Source: Candidatus Hydrogenedens terephthalaticus JGI OTU-1
Lineage (GTDB): Bacteria > Hydrogenedentota > Hydrogenedentia > Hydrogenedentales > Hydrogenedentaceae
DNA length: 64,000 nt
Direction: 5' to 3'
Assembly (NCBI GenBank): GCA_000493945.1
Contig: AWNW01000008.1
Span: forward strand, 466 to 64,465
The notes beneath the pieces were generated by a model, which saw only the letters and a list, made by a program, of their open reading frames with translations, was not told where the DNA came from and made no database searches. A program made the translations under genes and the position numbers. Below are positions 17,579-26,946 of this stretch, in pieces; the first letter of the stretch is position 1; each line of letters begins with the position of its first letter.

Positions 17579-19411
17579 TTAATTTTCAACAGGCATATAT
17601 GAAGGTACTGCCAATGTTCCACCTATAGAAATTTTTTGTATCTCTTTTAATAATTTTTCATCCGCGGTTTGTATCCGTGAAGAAATCATTTGATATGTTT
17701 TTATATCTCCTAAGGCAAGAGAAGATTGAGCAATATACCACAATGCTTCAATTCCATAAGGGACGAAATCCTTCTGTTTTACCAAGAAACTTACAGGGGT
17801 TAGATGTTCAATAGATTCGTTAAATTTTCCCATATTAAACAATGTCTTTCCAAAAGAAAGCCATGTTTCAATTTCTTCTTCATTCATAAAGGAAATTTGT
17901 TTTTCTGAAATTCCAGATTGTCTCTTAATTCTATCGTATATTTTTATCAATTCTTGATATTCTCTCTTTGCGCCGGGATAGTTTTTCATTATTTCTTCAT
18001 AAGTTACTGCAAGATTATATCGAACGCGTACTGTATTGGGATTATAGTGCAATGTGCTGCGGAATATGGTTTCATTATCTTTCCAGTCCTGATTTCGAAG
18101 GTAGGTTAAATAAAAATAGGAAAGGGTTACAATGATAAGTAAAGTATTTATTGCAGGAAGTAAATATTTTTTATAAGAGTTTTGTAAAGTTAAAGGCTTT
18201 ATGAAATAGTGAATTAACTCTAAAACACACCACCAGAAACCTATCATAGGTGTATACATCCAATGTTCTGCCTGCGGTGCGTTCAATGTGAAAAAACCTG
18301 AGATAGGGAACCATGTTATTAAAAACCATAAAATACTTATAAAAATTCTGTAAAGTTTGTTTTTCCATGCCCAATAACATATAAGACCGATGATAATTAA
18401 AAAAGAATATCCAAGTAATGCTGTCCAATAGGGAGTATTTTCAAGGGTTTGTTCCATGTGTAAACCAAAGGGAAAAAAAAGAATTCGGATATAAAAAGCA
18501 AAAGATTGTCCAATTTCTACAATTTTATCGCTCCATGTTTTAATGATAGGAACGGACTTTTCTGAAAAGTTTAGTAGGGTCATTCGGAGCACAATATAGA
18601 TTGCAGAAACTATTACAGAAAGTAAAAGGGGGAGCCATTTTTTTAGTTGGTAGAAAGCCGTTGCTGCTTTAGAGTTTTGAATATTGGATGCAAAAGGTAT
18701 TATGAGTATGATTAAAAGGGGGAAAATATTGCTGGATTCTTTACTGAGTAGTCCCAAAGCAAAAAATAATGGACAGGCAATTAGATATAATTTTTTTTGC
18801 AGCCTATTTTCTTCCTGTAAATATTGGATACAAGAAATAACCCCTGCTAAAAGGAAAACTGCGGACATCATATCTGCCCTGCCACTAATATAAGTAACCG
18901 CTTCTGTCGGGATAGGATGAACAGCATAAATTATGCTTGTCCAGAAAGAAGCAAAAAAAGGTGCTTTTAGTTGGTTTAATAGTAAAAAAACAAGTATAAC
19001 GGCACAAGCATGCCATAGGCTGTTGGTTATATGAAAAACTAAAGGAGAAATTTCAGGAAATAATGAATTTTCTTTTTTATGTTTATAGGATAATAGATAA
19101 TCAAGCATAAAAGAAACAGAAACCAGTGGACGATAGAAATTACCTTGCCCCCTTCCAAAGGCATGCTGGTCTTCGAGAAAGAGTTGGAAAATCTTTTTGG
19201 GGTCCTGAACATGTTTATGCATAAGAACCGACGAAGCATCATCCCAAACCCAGTCGTTATTCAATGTATTTGCATAGGCAAGGAATGTTATACAGAGTAG
19301 AAGAAAACAGTAGAAAAATTTTTCAGATAAGGAAAGAACTATTCCTTCTTTATTTTTTTCAAAGTGTTCCCATGTCTCTTTTGACAAATTATCGGTCATT
19401 TTTGAAATCAA
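17579..19411 (-). CDS. TMTC-like GT-C membrane glycosyltransferase with C-terminal TPRs
   Basis: WVWDD (acidic first loop), YRPL...SF.LDY, FH.TN..WH, HP..TEAVTYISGRAD, LSKE, AEH.MY.P, RN.DW, then TPR helices. Confidence 0.8.
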   Translation of the reverse strand: MISKMTDNLSKETWEHFEKNKEGIVLSLSEKFFYCFLLLCITFLAYANTLNNDWVWDDASSVLMHKHVQDPKKIFQLFLEDQHAFGRGQGNFYRPLVSVSFMLDYLLSYKHKKENSLFPEISPLVFHITNSLWHACAVILVFLLLNQLKAPFFASFWTSIIYAVHPIPTEAVTYISGRADMMSAVFLLAGVISCIQYLQEENRLQKKLYLIACPLFFALGLLSKESSNIFPLLIILIIPFASNIQNSKAATAFYQLKKWLPLLLSVIVSAIYIVLRMTLLNFSEKSVPIIKTWSDKIVEIGQSFAFYIRILFFPFGLHMEQTLENTPYWTALLGYSFLIIIGLICYWAWKNKLYRIFISILWFLITWFPISGFFTLNAPQAEHWMYTPMIGFWWCVLELIHYFIKPLTLQNSYKKYLLPAINTLLIIVTLSYFYLTYLRNQDWKDNETIFRSTLHYNPNTVRVRYNLAVTYEEIMKNYPGAKREYQELIKIYDRIKRQSGISEKQISFMNEEEIETWLSFGKTLFNMGKFNESIEHLTPVSFLVKQKDFVPYGIEALWYIAQSSLALGDIKTYQMISSRIQTADEKLLKEIQKISIGGTLAVPSYMPVEN

Positions 19412-19428
19412 TTTGTTAGGCGGTTTTA

Positions 19429-20169
19429 CTAACCTTTGTTTTTAGGTCCGGGAACAACCCATGTGTCGTTTGCGGGAATGTAAAGTATCTCAACGGATTG
19501 TTGGTCTCCAATAACCCGAACTATGCGAAGTTTCGCCGTTTCTTTTCTTTTTGTTTGTGGGTTTTCGGGCTCGTAAAATTCTTCACCTTCACGAACTTTA
19601 AAGTTTTCCGTTTTGTTTGTCTTGGTATCCGTTACAGTAAGAAATACATACAAATCGTTTTCTGCTTGAAGAAATCCTGTAACTTCAACACGAGGGCGAG
19701 AGAGCATAAGTTCTGCCCTTTCCTTCAATCGGGCATATTTCCCATCAGGAGCCGATGCTCCGGGACGCAAAACATCATAAATATTTATTCCTGCGATAAC
19801 GAGAGCCCATCTCTGCTTATCCCTTGCCTGTCTTATATTTTCTTCTATATCAGGGGCAATTCGGCTCATGGCGATTTTACCGTTCTCGATTGCGGAATAT
19901 TTCGCTTTAACTCCTCGAAAATTATTTATAATCGTATCTTGTTGTTCTTGAGGAAGACGACCATTATTTACGACGGCATCTATCCATGGCTGAATTGCAG
20001 AACGCATTTCAGATTGTATCTGTTCTGGACTTGGCGGAGGAGGTTCTTGAGGTGGTGGAGGTGGTGGAGGTGGTTTGGAACAATTGATATTAGAAATAGA
20101 AATAATTCCAAGTGTAATAAATATAAATACATAAACAAATCGTCTTAAAAACAGATTACTTTTTTTCAT
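19429..20169 (-). CDS. hypothetical exported/lipoprotein with poly-Pro linker; C-terminal beta domain reminiscent of PilP/GspC-HR
   Basis: Signal-like N-terminus ending NINC; KPPPPPPPPQEPPPPSP; VEVTGF..VFL..VREGEEF..LRIVRV. Confidence 0.7.
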   Translation of the reverse strand: MKKSNLFLRRFVYVFIFITLGIISISNINCSKPPPPPPPPQEPPPPSPEQIQSEMRSAIQPWIDAVVNNGRLPQEQQDTIINNFRGVKAKYSAIENGKIAMSRIAPDIEENIRQARDKQRWALVIAGINIYDVLRPGASAPDGKYARLKERAELMLSRPRVEVTGFLQAENDLYVFLTVTDTKTNKTENFKVREGEEFYEPENPQTKRKETAKLRIVRVIGDQQSVEILYIPANDTWVVPGPKNKG

Positions 20170-20384
20170 ATTTTTTCTGTCCTCTATTTAAGGTTTGTGC
20201 ATATATTAAATGTTATCATAGAAAAATGGTGTATCACAAAATATAAATTGAATTTAACAACGAGAAAGTTTCGTTTGGAAATAAGTAAAATGAATAAAAA
20301 TGATTTTATTGTGTATAATTTTGTAAAATCGTATATATTTAAGTCTTAATTAATTTATTTAAGATTATTAAAGAAAGGGAACAA

Positions 20385-21317
20385 ATGAGGATTTTAGTTG
20401 TTGATGATGACTTGGACTTAGCAGAACTGATAAAGACTAAACTACAAAGTGAAGGGCATCAGGTTGATGTTATAAACACTGGGGAAGGTGCTTTTGAAAA
20501 GGCAAAAAGTTTTAAGCCAGATGTAGTCCTTCTGGATATTATGCTTCCCGGTGTAACGGGTTATCAGATATGTCGTAAAATCAGGAGGGACCCTGAAATT
20601 TACAAAACGGCGATACTTATCTTAACAGCGCTGGGTGAAGAACCTGAAGTTTTGCATGGATTGGAACAAGGGGCAGACGATTATCTGGTTAAACCATTTA
20701 AATTAGAACGGTTAATGGACAAGATTTCGTCCTTAGGTGTATTAATAGCCTCTGTAAATAGTCGAAATCAAATAACTAATTTTCCTGGCACGGATGCAAT
20801 CAAAAGAGAAATTAACCATAAATTAGCAAGGGGAGAACAGATAGCGGTTATATATGTTAACATGACGGGTTTTAAGCCGTATTGTGTTTCACGGGGTCCA
20901 GAAGGACAGAAACGAGCCTTAACTTTTCTCGCAGAAATTATGGTAGAGGTTAAAAGGACTCTGGGTATTTATGAATGTTTTATGGCACACATGGGAGGGG
21001 AACATTTTGTTATTTTATTAAATGCTTCGGATGCTGAAAAGTTTTGCGAAGCCTTGATTACATCATTTGACCAGAAGAAGAAGGAGTTATATACTTCACA
21101 AGAATATGAACATGGATATATCCTTGCAGTAGATAGAAATGGAGCAGAAATAAAATGCCCATTGATGGCACTGTCCTTGGGTGTTGTCCACAACCAGTTC
21201 CGACCTTTCCGAAATGCAAAGAAGATGTTTGAGGTGCTTGCACAGGTCCGACAAAAAGCCCAACCTGTAAACGGGAAGAGTGTATATTTTATAGACCGCA
21301 GACATACAGACCGATAA
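20385..21317 (+). CDS. response regulator receiver + degenerate GGDEF domain
   Basis: ILVVDDD, LLDIMLPG, GADDYLVKPF; GGDEF position reads GGEHF and the metal-binding DxDxFK reads NMTGFK. Confidence 0.88.
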   Translation: MRILVVDDDLDLAELIKTKLQSEGHQVDVINTGEGAFEKAKSFKPDVVLLDIMLPGVTGYQICRKIRRDPEIYKTAILILTALGEEPEVLHGLEQGADDYLVKPFKLERLMDKISSLGVLIASVNSRNQITNFPGTDAIKREINHKLARGEQIAVIYVNMTGFKPYCVSRGPEGQKRALTFLAEIMVEVKRTLGIYECFMAHMGGEHFVILLNASDAEKFCEALITSFDQKKKELYTSQEYEHGYILAVDRNGAEIKCPLMALSLGVVHNQFRPFRNAKKMFEVLAQVRQKAQPVNGKSVYFIDRRHTDR

Positions 21318-21365
21318 AAAAATCAAACTCTTATAGATGAATAATATAAGGATGAGTTAATCCCT

Positions 21366-21971
21366 GTGGTGAGTATCCGAGAAATTCGTGAAGCGGATAT
21401 AGAAAAAGCGGTAGTGTCCTTAGTCCATGCTTTTTATGATGATGGCTTGGTTTGTTATATGTTTCCAGAAGAGAAATTCCGTAGGGAATTTATAACATGG
21501 ACATACGAGCGTTGGCTTCGACTTTTGATGACATTTAACTCCGTATTTGTTGATGATAATGTTCAAGGTGTTGCAGGTTGTATTCCCCCTTCCCTGTATC
21601 CGCATATCCCTTTCCACTATATTGTAAGAGCAGGATTTTTTAGAGCTATTCCTAAATTAATGTTTCGAAATTTTTGGCGACCTTTGCGCGCCTATTGGGA
21701 TAATCAGAGCAGAACGCGAAGTGAGGTAAAAGAACCTACATGGATTTTGGATATTTTAGGAGTGCATCCTTCCGCACAGGGGAAAGGAATTGGAAGTGCC
21801 TTAGTTCAGCATTTAATTTCCTGTGCAAATCGGGACAAAGTTCCTGCTTATGTAATTACTCATAAAGAAAAAAATATAATCTTTTACGAAAAAAATGGGT
21901 TTAAACTTCTTAATAAGAAATATTCCCTTCCCGGGGGTCCTCCAACCTGTTCTTTAATCTACAAACCTTGA
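21366..21971 (+). CDS. GNAT family N-acetyltransferase
   Basis: WILDILGVHPSAQGKGIGSALV, N..FYEKNGF; GTG start. Confidence 0.88.
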   Translation: MVSIREIREADIEKAVVSLVHAFYDDGLVCYMFPEEKFRREFITWTYERWLRLLMTFNSVFVDDNVQGVAGCIPPSLYPHIPFHYIVRAGFFRAIPKLMFRNFWRPLRAYWDNQSRTRSEVKEPTWILDILGVHPSAQGKGIGSALVQHLISCANRDKVPAYVITHKEKNIIFYEKNGFKLLNKKYSLPGGPPTCSLIYKP

Positions 21972-22110
21972 TTATATCTAAATTTATCAGACTCCCAAAA
22001 AGAAAAAATTTCCTTTGAAAAGGGAAAAAATATCTTTATTCTGGAACATAAGAGAAAGACAAATTTATTTAAGTGCTTGTTTCCTTGATAGATACAAAAG
22101 TTTATTTGTG

Positions 22111-22126
22111 TGGCATATCATTTGCT
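22111..22126 (+). promoter_or_regulatory. sigma54 (-24/-12) promoter of flgB
   Basis: TGGCATATCATTTGCT: GG-N10-GC with correct spacing, 36 nt before the flgB ATG. Confidence 0.75.
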
Positions 22127-22162
22127 AAATAAAGAACTAAAATTTGAAAATGGTTACGATAA

Positions 22163-22564
22163 ATGGTCAACGGAATAGGAAAAATAAGTGCTGAAACGAT
22201 GTTAATCTCTGCAATGAAAGTAGCAGAAGTTAATCATCGGTATATTGCTAATAATATAGCCAATGCGGATACGCCTGGATATACGCAAAAGGAATTGGAT
22301 TTTCAGAAATCTCTCAACGCCGTATTGCAAGGGCGAGGGGGTATCGTTCTCCGCACGAACCACCCTCGCCATATCCAGATAGAGAAAGAAGGAGTAGTCG
22401 TAGAAAAAAAGAGGAATGTATTAAAAAACGATTTTAATTCGGTGGATATTGATGAACAAATAGCAAAACTGACAGAAAATACAGGAAAAGCCACCGTTTA
22501 TACGGCATTGTTAGCCAAGAAGTTTAGTCAGTTAACAACCATTATTAACGATTTGAAGAGATAA
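22163..22564 (+). CDS. flgB: flagellar basal-body rod protein FlgB
   Basis: IANNIANADTPGY...LDF, NSVDIDEQ. Confidence 0.93.
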   Translation: MVNGIGKISAETMLISAMKVAEVNHRYIANNIANADTPGYTQKELDFQKSLNAVLQGRGGIVLRTNHPRHIQIEKEGVVVEKKRNVLKNDFNSVDIDEQIAKLTENTGKATVYTALLAKKFSQLTTIINDLKR

Positions 22565-22568
22565 TATT

Positions 22569-22994
22569 ATGCGAGTTGAAGGAATTTCAGCATGGGATAT
22601 AGCCCTTAGTGGTATACGGGCTCAACGGCTGAGAATGAATATTATCGCAAATAATATTGCTAATGCGGAGACCACCCGAACGGAAAAAGGAGGTGGTCCT
22701 TTCCGCCGCCAGATGGTTCTCTTAAAAGGATATGAGTTAGGCAAAACTGTATCATCAAAACAAGCAGGGGTAAAAGTAAAATCTGTAATTTATGATATGT
22801 CTCCGTTCAAAGAAGTGTATGAACCTGAACATCCGGATGCCAATGAGCAAGGCATTGTAAAATATCCTAATGTGCAACTTGCTAATGAAATGGCAGACCT
22901 TGTCTCTGCTCAACGAGCCTATGAAGCCAATATTGCAGTTTTCGTAGCAAATCGGCAAATACGACAAAGAGCGTTGGAAATTTTGCAAAGATGA
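22569..22994 (+). CDS. flgC: flagellar basal-body rod protein FlgC
   Basis: AQRLRMNIIANNIANAETT, GGPFRRQ, YEPEHPDA, YPNV, AQRAYEAN. Confidence 0.96.
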   Translation: MRVEGISAWDIALSGIRAQRLRMNIIANNIANAETTRTEKGGGPFRRQMVLLKGYELGKTVSSKQAGVKVKSVIYDMSPFKEVYEPEHPDANEQGIVKYPNVQLANEMADLVSAQRAYEANIAVFVANRQIRQRALEILQR

Positions 22995-23082
22995 GTATTA
23001 TAAGATTTTTTTATGATAAAATAATGGTATGATACATATAAGAAGAAATAATATTAAGGAAATAACAAAGAGGTGATATCCC

Positions 23083-23400
23083 GTGGATAACATTGATTCT
23101 ATTCACAATATAGGTCCAATAAAACCTAAAGTAGATATACCCTCTGTAAGTCCTGTTAAGACTACACCGGTTGAAAGCAAAACCTCCTTTAAGGATATAT
23201 TGGTTGATGCTGTGTCTGAGGTTCAGAAATTACAAGATGAAGCAGATACAACGATAAAAAAATTAGTTTCGGGCGAAATAAAAGATGTAACTGAAGTAAT
23301 GGTGGCGGTTCAACGAGCAGACACTGCTTTCCAAACACTGATGGCAGTTCGAAATAAAGTGATAACGGCGTATGAAGAGATAATGCGAATGCAAATTTAG
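23083..23400 (+). CDS. fliE: flagellar hook-basal body protein FliE
   Basis: SFKDIL, GEIKDVTEVMVA, LMAVRNKVITAYEEIMRMQI; GTG start after GAGGTG. Confidence 0.95.
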   Translation: MDNIDSIHNIGPIKPKVDIPSVSPVKTTPVESKTSFKDILVDAVSEVQKLQDEADTTIKKLVSGEIKDVTEVMVAVQRADTAFQTLMAVRNKVITAYEEIMRMQI

Positions 23401-23445
23401 TATTTGACATGAAGTCAAATACCCTGTGATTTGAATAAACAAATC
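23400..23445. repeat. two adjacent inverted repeats after the fliE stop
   Basis: GTATTTGAC-ATGAA-GTCAAATAC (23400-23422) and GATTTG-AATAAA-CAAATC (23428-23445). Confidence 0.55.
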
Positions 23446-23502
23446 CAGGAATCGGCGGAGGTAAAAATTGAATAATTTTCCTAAAATTTTGTTGAAAAAA
23501 TC

Positions 23503-23531
23503 TTGACATAATACACTATATATTGTATTAT
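23503..23531 (+). promoter_or_regulatory. sigma70-type promoter upstream of fliF
   Basis: TTGACA-N17-TATTAT in the 231-bp fliE-fliF gap. Confidence 0.65.
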
Positions 23532-23631
23532 ATAAATAGAAATAATCTATTAGTTTGGTTTTGTTCGTTGCGTTTAATTAAAATATATACAATATGTTGA
23601 TGAAAAATAAAAGAAAATATATAGTGTATTT

Positions 23632-25188
23632 ATGGAAACAATTTTACAATTCATAAATGGGATAAGAGAATTCTGGGCTAAGTTAACACTTAGTGCTAAG
23701 GTTATTATTGGGGTTTCTTTCTTTATAGTTTTTTTAGGTTTGTTATTAATAATATTCATTGGAGCCCAACCTCAATATACAGTCTTATCTGCAGGACTTT
23801 CCCCGCAAGAGGTATCCAAAATAACGGATGTATTGTCCCGTCAGGGGGTTCAATACCAATTAGGAGATAATAATACAAGTGTTTTAGTTCCCGTAAATCA
23901 GCGGAGTAATGCACAGTTATTATTAGCACAAAGCGATTTACCTGTGGGTAGACCTGTTCCTCCGGGATGGGAATTATTTTCCACGACTGAACTGATGACC
24001 AATCAGTGGTTACAGAATGTAAAATTTATGAGGGCTCTTCAAGGAGAAATACAAAAGCAATTGAATGCTTTTGACTTTGTAAATGATAGTTATGTTCTTA
24101 TTCGAGAAGCGAAGGAAGAATTATTTGTTTCCGAACAAAAACCCTCAGAAGCAGCGGTTACGCTTGATATTAATAGACCTCTTACCAAACAGGAAGTGAA
24201 GGCTATAGTTAGTATTGTAGACCATGCCGGTGGAGCCAATCTTCACCCGGGGAATATTACCGTGGTTAGTACCAAGGGAGATGTCCTATATTTACCTCCA
24301 CAGGCAGGATTTGCCTCTCTTGCCAGTTCCAAATTGGAGTTGTTGACCGAATGGGAGAAACAGCGAGAGATGAAAGTAATGAATAAATTGCGGGAGTTAG
24401 GGGTTCGGGGAACTGTTTCCGTCAGTGCCAAGATAAACTTTGATAGTTCTGAAGAAGTCGAAGAAAAAGTAAGCGAAGGCACGGAAATAAGCACATCTAC
24501 GACAGAAACTACCAGTGAAACAACTGACAAACCTCCCGAAGGTGCTCCTGGTGTAGTCGCCAATGTTCCTGAAGCCACAGTTCCTGGCACTACTTCTTCT
24601 AAGGAGACGACAACAGAGGAAATTGCAAACTATGAGCCATCTCGTTTAACAAGAAAAAAGAAGAAAGAAGGGGGAAATGTTGAAAAATTCCTTGTAACTG
24701 TTATTGTCGAAGGTGATTATCAGGAAACACAAGATGAACAGGGAAATACAAAACGGAACTATATAGGTCTTTCCGAAGAGCGGAAAAAGATGTTTCAAGA
24801 TTTTGTAATGTCCGCAGTGGGCGAGGGAGAAGTTCCTACAGAAGTGTTAGTTTACGATCAGCCTTTTGGTATTTCTGAATTAGAGACGGGAATTCCTAAA
24901 ACAGAAGAAATACCATTCCAATGGAGAACATGGCTAACACCCGTTACAGTCGTTATTCAATTAATAGTTATTTTTGTCGTCTTTCTATTATTGAGATCGT
25001 TTTTAAGAAGCACTGTAGTAGAGAAGAAAGAAATAGAAGAAGAAATTGAAGCGGTTGAATTACCGGGTGCAACAAAAGAAGATTTAAGAAGACAGGAAGT
25101 GGCTCGGGAAGTGGCTCGGGTTTCTATTGAAGAACCCGAAACCGCAGCCGCTTTAATTCGTTCATGGTTATCAGAAGGAGAAGAGTAA
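23632..25188 (+). CDS. fliF: flagellar MS-ring protein FliF
   Basis: Two TM helices, Y..L..GL, GWELF, RALQGE, KPSEAAVTL, C-terminal A.LIRSWL. Confidence 0.93.
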   Translation: METILQFINGIREFWAKLTLSAKVIIGVSFFIVFLGLLLIIFIGAQPQYTVLSAGLSPQEVSKITDVLSRQGVQYQLGDNNTSVLVPVNQRSNAQLLLAQSDLPVGRPVPPGWELFSTTELMTNQWLQNVKFMRALQGEIQKQLNAFDFVNDSYVLIREAKEELFVSEQKPSEAAVTLDINRPLTKQEVKAIVSIVDHAGGANLHPGNITVVSTKGDVLYLPPQAGFASLASSKLELLTEWEKQREMKVMNKLRELGVRGTVSVSAKINFDSSEEVEEKVSEGTEISTSTTETTSETTDKPPEGAPGVVANVPEATVPGTTSSKETTTEEIANYEPSRLTRKKKKEGGNVEKFLVTVIVEGDYQETQDEQGNTKRNYIGLSEERKKMFQDFVMSAVGEGEVPTEVLVYDQPFGISELETGIPKTEEIPFQWRTWLTPVTVVIQLIVIFVVFLLLRSFLRSTVVEKKEIEEEIEAVELPGATKEDLRRQEVAREVARVSIEEPETAAALIRSWLSEGEE

Positions 25189-25189
25189 T

Positions 25190-26227
25190 ACGGCACCGAG
25201 AAAAGATACAAAAGAACCAGATAAGTTAACAGGTCGGAAAAAAGCGGCAATACTGCTGGCATGTTTGGGTCCCGAACATGCGAGTAGCATCCTTGCGCAT
25301 TTAAGAGAAGCAGAAATTGACCGCCTGACGCTGGATATTGCTTCTTTGGGAACTATTGACCCGGAAATTAAGGCAAAAATATTTGATGAGTTCTTCCAGA
25401 TGGCAGAAGCGAAACGATTTGTGGCTGAAGGCGGTATTGAATTAGCAAAGGAATTATTAGAGAAATCATTTGGTGCGCAAAAAGCAATAGAGATATTGGG
25501 TCGTTTGCAAAGTTCGTTACAGGAAGTCCCCTTTCAATTTTTGAAGAAGGCTGACCCTGCCCAGATTAGTAGTTTTATTCAGGAAGAACATCCTCAAACC
25601 ATCGCTTTGATATTAGCTCATCTTGACCCCAAAGTTTCTGCTCTGGCTCTTTCTTCATTACCTCCCGAGACACAAACCGATGTCATTTATCGTATTGCGA
25701 CAATGGACCGAACGGCTCCCGAGATTATTCATGAAGTAGAACATGTTCTGGAGCGAAAGATGGCAGCTGTATTTACACAAGGATTTACTTTTGCGGGAGG
25801 TGTGAAAGAGGTGGCGGAAATACTCAATCTTGTTGAACGGTCTGCGGAAAAGAATATTATGGAAAAATTGCAAGAAAGAGACGCAGATTTAGCAAATGAA
25901 ATTAATAAGTTGATGTTTACTTTCGATGATTTGATTTATGTTGATGATGCAGGTATTCAAAAGGCATTAAGAGAAATTGACTCTAAAGATTTAGCCTTAG
26001 CATTGAAGTCGTCTACCGATGAGGTAAAAGACAAAATATTCAAAAATATGTCAGAGCGTGCTCGTGAAATGTTAAAAGAAGAAATTGAATTTATGGGTCC
26101 TGTTCGACTGAAGAATGTAGAAGAGGCTCAACAGCGAATTGTGGCAGTTATACGCCGATTAGAAGAATCAGGTGACCTTATTATTACGGGGAGAGGAGAA
26201 GGGGGAGGTGAAGAAATTCTTGTTTAG
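25190..26227 (+). CDS. fliG: flagellar motor switch protein FliG (apparent ACG start)
   Basis: Conserved N-terminus LTGRKKAAILL..LGPE lies upstream of the tracked TTG (25265). The frame is open back to TAA 25154 with no ATG, GTG or earlier TTG; AAGGAG (25175-25180) sits 9 nt before ACG 25190. EHPQTIALIL, GGVK, MFTFDDL, GPVRL. Confidence 0.93.
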   Translation, partial: TAPRKDTKEPDKLTGRKKAAILLACLGPEHASSILAHLREAEIDRLTLDIASLGTIDPEIKAKIFDEFFQMAEAKRFVAEGGIELAKELLEKSFGAQKAIEILGRLQSSLQEVPFQFLKKADPAQISSFIQEEHPQTIALILAHLDPKVSALALSSLPPETQTDVIYRIATMDRTAPEIIHEVEHVLERKMAAVFTQGFTFAGGVKEVAEILNLVERSAEKNIMEKLQERDADLANEINKLMFTFDDLIYVDDAGIQKALREIDSKDLALALKSSTDEVKDKIFKNMSERAREMLKEEIEFMGPVRLKNVEEAQQRIVAVIRRLEESGDLIITGRGEGGGEEILV

Positions 26228-26241
26228 TAATCAGGATAAAT

Positions 26242-26946
26242 ATGTCTATGTCTCAGTTTAAGAAAACACAAAAGTCTATTGTGGAAAATGCCGAAGTAAA
26301 ATTTTTATCTCGTGACGATTTAAAAGAGTTTCCCAAAGAAAAAGAGATATCCGATGACCCTTTAAGTATGTATTCCCCTGAAGAATTACGGGCTATGATT
26401 TTAGAGCAGGCTCAACAGGAAGCAGAGGAAATTAAACAGAAAGCCTATGAAGAAGGATATAATGATGGGAAATTATTAGCAGAACAGGAGTTTCAACAGT
26501 TCCTTGAGCAAACGAATAAAATTGTTCAAGAGAGTATAGAAAAAATTACCCAAGCAAGAACGGATTTTTTGGAACAAATAACCCCTCAAATCCTCAAATT
26601 AGTTTTTCAAATTTCTGAAAAAGTAATCTCCGCCCAACTTCAAATAAATCCAGATATTGTTAAAACAATTGTAAAAGAAACATTAGAGGAATTAGTGGAA
26701 AGTCAGGAGATTTGTTTACATATTCATCCAGATGATTATTTAATAATCGAAGGCGAAATCAAGTCCCGATGGGGAGATGGAAGTATAACGCAAAAGGTCA
26801 CTTTTATTCCGGATGAAATGATAGAAAGGGGAGGATGTATAGCGGAGACCAAGACACAGTTCGTTGATAATCAAATTTCTTCACGATTAAAACTAATTGT
26901 TGAGAAAATAGTTAACCTTGCGAGGGAAAACGGTGTTGACATTTAA
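26242..26946 (+). CDS. fliH: flagellar assembly protein FliH
   Basis: A.EEGY.DG repeat, LVFQISEKVI, IHPDDY, IERGGCIAET. Confidence 0.9.
   Translation: MSMSQFKKTQKSIVENAEVKFLSRDDLKEFPKEKEISDDPLSMYSPEELRAMILEQAQQEAEEIKQKAYEEGYNDGKLLAEQEFQQFLEQTNKIVQESIEKITQARTDFLEQITPQILKLVFQISEKVISAQLQINPDIVKTIVKETLEELVESQEICLHIHPDDYLIIEGEIKSRWGDGSITQKVTFIPDEMIERGGCIAETKTQFVDNQISSRLKLIVEKIVNLARENGVDI

Noticed and set aside
19498-20148. 216-aa plus-strand ORF antisense to the poly-Pro protein gene
   Set aside because: Fully overlaps a more plausible gene; its Phe/Arg/Cys-rich composition and RWWRWW run simply mirror the poly-Pro codons; no RBS or family motif
25171-25189. prfB-like programmed +1 frameshift making a FliF-FliG fusion
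   Set aside because: An SD-like sequence and a stop are present, but a GAG P-site codon cannot re-pair well on AGT. Kept only as a minor alternative to the ACG start
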